Below are positions 63,641-64,000 of a stretch of 64,000 nt of DNA, piece after piece. The stretch spans positions 2,976,001 through 3,040,000 of the forward strand of contig NC_087437.1 in assembly GCF_036321535.1 (NCBI RefSeq), written 5' to 3'. A model generated the notes under the pieces. The model was not told the DNA's origin, did not search any database, and saw nothing but the letters and a program-made list of their open reading frames with translations. The position numbers and the translations under genes are program-made. This DNA comes from Camelus dromedarius (taxonomy: Eukaryota). How positions within the stretch are numbered: position 1 is the stretch's first letter; every line of letters begins with the position of its first letter.

Positions 63641-64000
63641 GGGAAAAATTCAGTCATGAGCCCTACAGCAACAGTAATCAATTTGAAAATGTTATGGATA
63701 AATATATAATTATAACAACACAAAAACTATACAGTGACTGGAACTTAATCCCCAAATGTACAGTATTCTTACAGAGGAAATCACAAAATGTCTCCGAGAC
63801 ACATATAAGAAGATAACAGTAGGTCTTTTAATAATGTTAATTCTTCTCAAGTTGACCTATAAAATCAATGCAATTCTAATAAATTTTTCATAAAACTGGG
63901 GGAACTTACTCTAAAATTTATATATTGAGGTAGATGTCCAAGGACAATCAAAACAGACCAATCAGCAAACAGTAGGAAAATGGGAAAGAGCATCAACAAG

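Larger units (their letters stand above)
61300..64000 (+). mobile_element. Degraded old L1 ORF2 with nested insertions
   Basis: ccttgatactaaaaccaga...tatagactaatctcattta...; caggtacaagacaaggatgcccactttt; aatgttaattcttctcaagttgacctataaaatcaatgcaattc. Confidence 0.75.

Noticed and set aside
5480..64000. Assigning a gene symbol from the architecture (CpG island plus several non-coding 5' exons and long introns)
   Set aside because: I recognised no coding sequence, and many genes share this layout. BLASTN of 5480-5885, 12541-12584 and 16785-16879 would be decisive.
1..64000. Prokaryotic-type systems (CRISPR arrays, operons, defence islands)
   Set aside because: The sequence is eutherian intronic/intergenic DNA with no repeat-spacer arrays or gene-dense regions.

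Overview
Mammalian (eutherian) genomic DNA, most likely from a camelid: there is a tRNA-Ala(AGC)-derived Vic-1-like SINE at about 60.8 kb and several cetartiodactyl-type L1 3' ends. The window appears to hold the 5' end of a large + strand Pol II gene that I cannot identify. It has a CpG-island promoter (about 5.3-6.96 kb; GC boxes, CTCF, GAS and octamer motifs) and a first exon ending at a perfect CAG|GTGAGT donor (5885). About 58 kb of intron-like sequence follows, with a few candidate short 5' exons, a second GC-rich CTCF-bearing element (about 10.6-11.4 kb), enhancer-like motif clusters and many old repeats (MIR, L2, L1M, MER5/MER20/MER58/MER3, MaLR/ERVL). I found no convincing protein-coding exon, and the ORF track looks like chance ORFs. 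The most interesting signals are a candidate recursive splice site (AG|GTACGT at 12540/12541), a MER41-like LTR with paired GAS-like motifs upstream of the promoter, a series of ATG-containing candidate 5' exons, and a CRE/NF-kB module at about 22.6 kb. Repeat family names come from recalled consensus sequences, not from a search. Nothing here amounts to a demonstrated new biological system.
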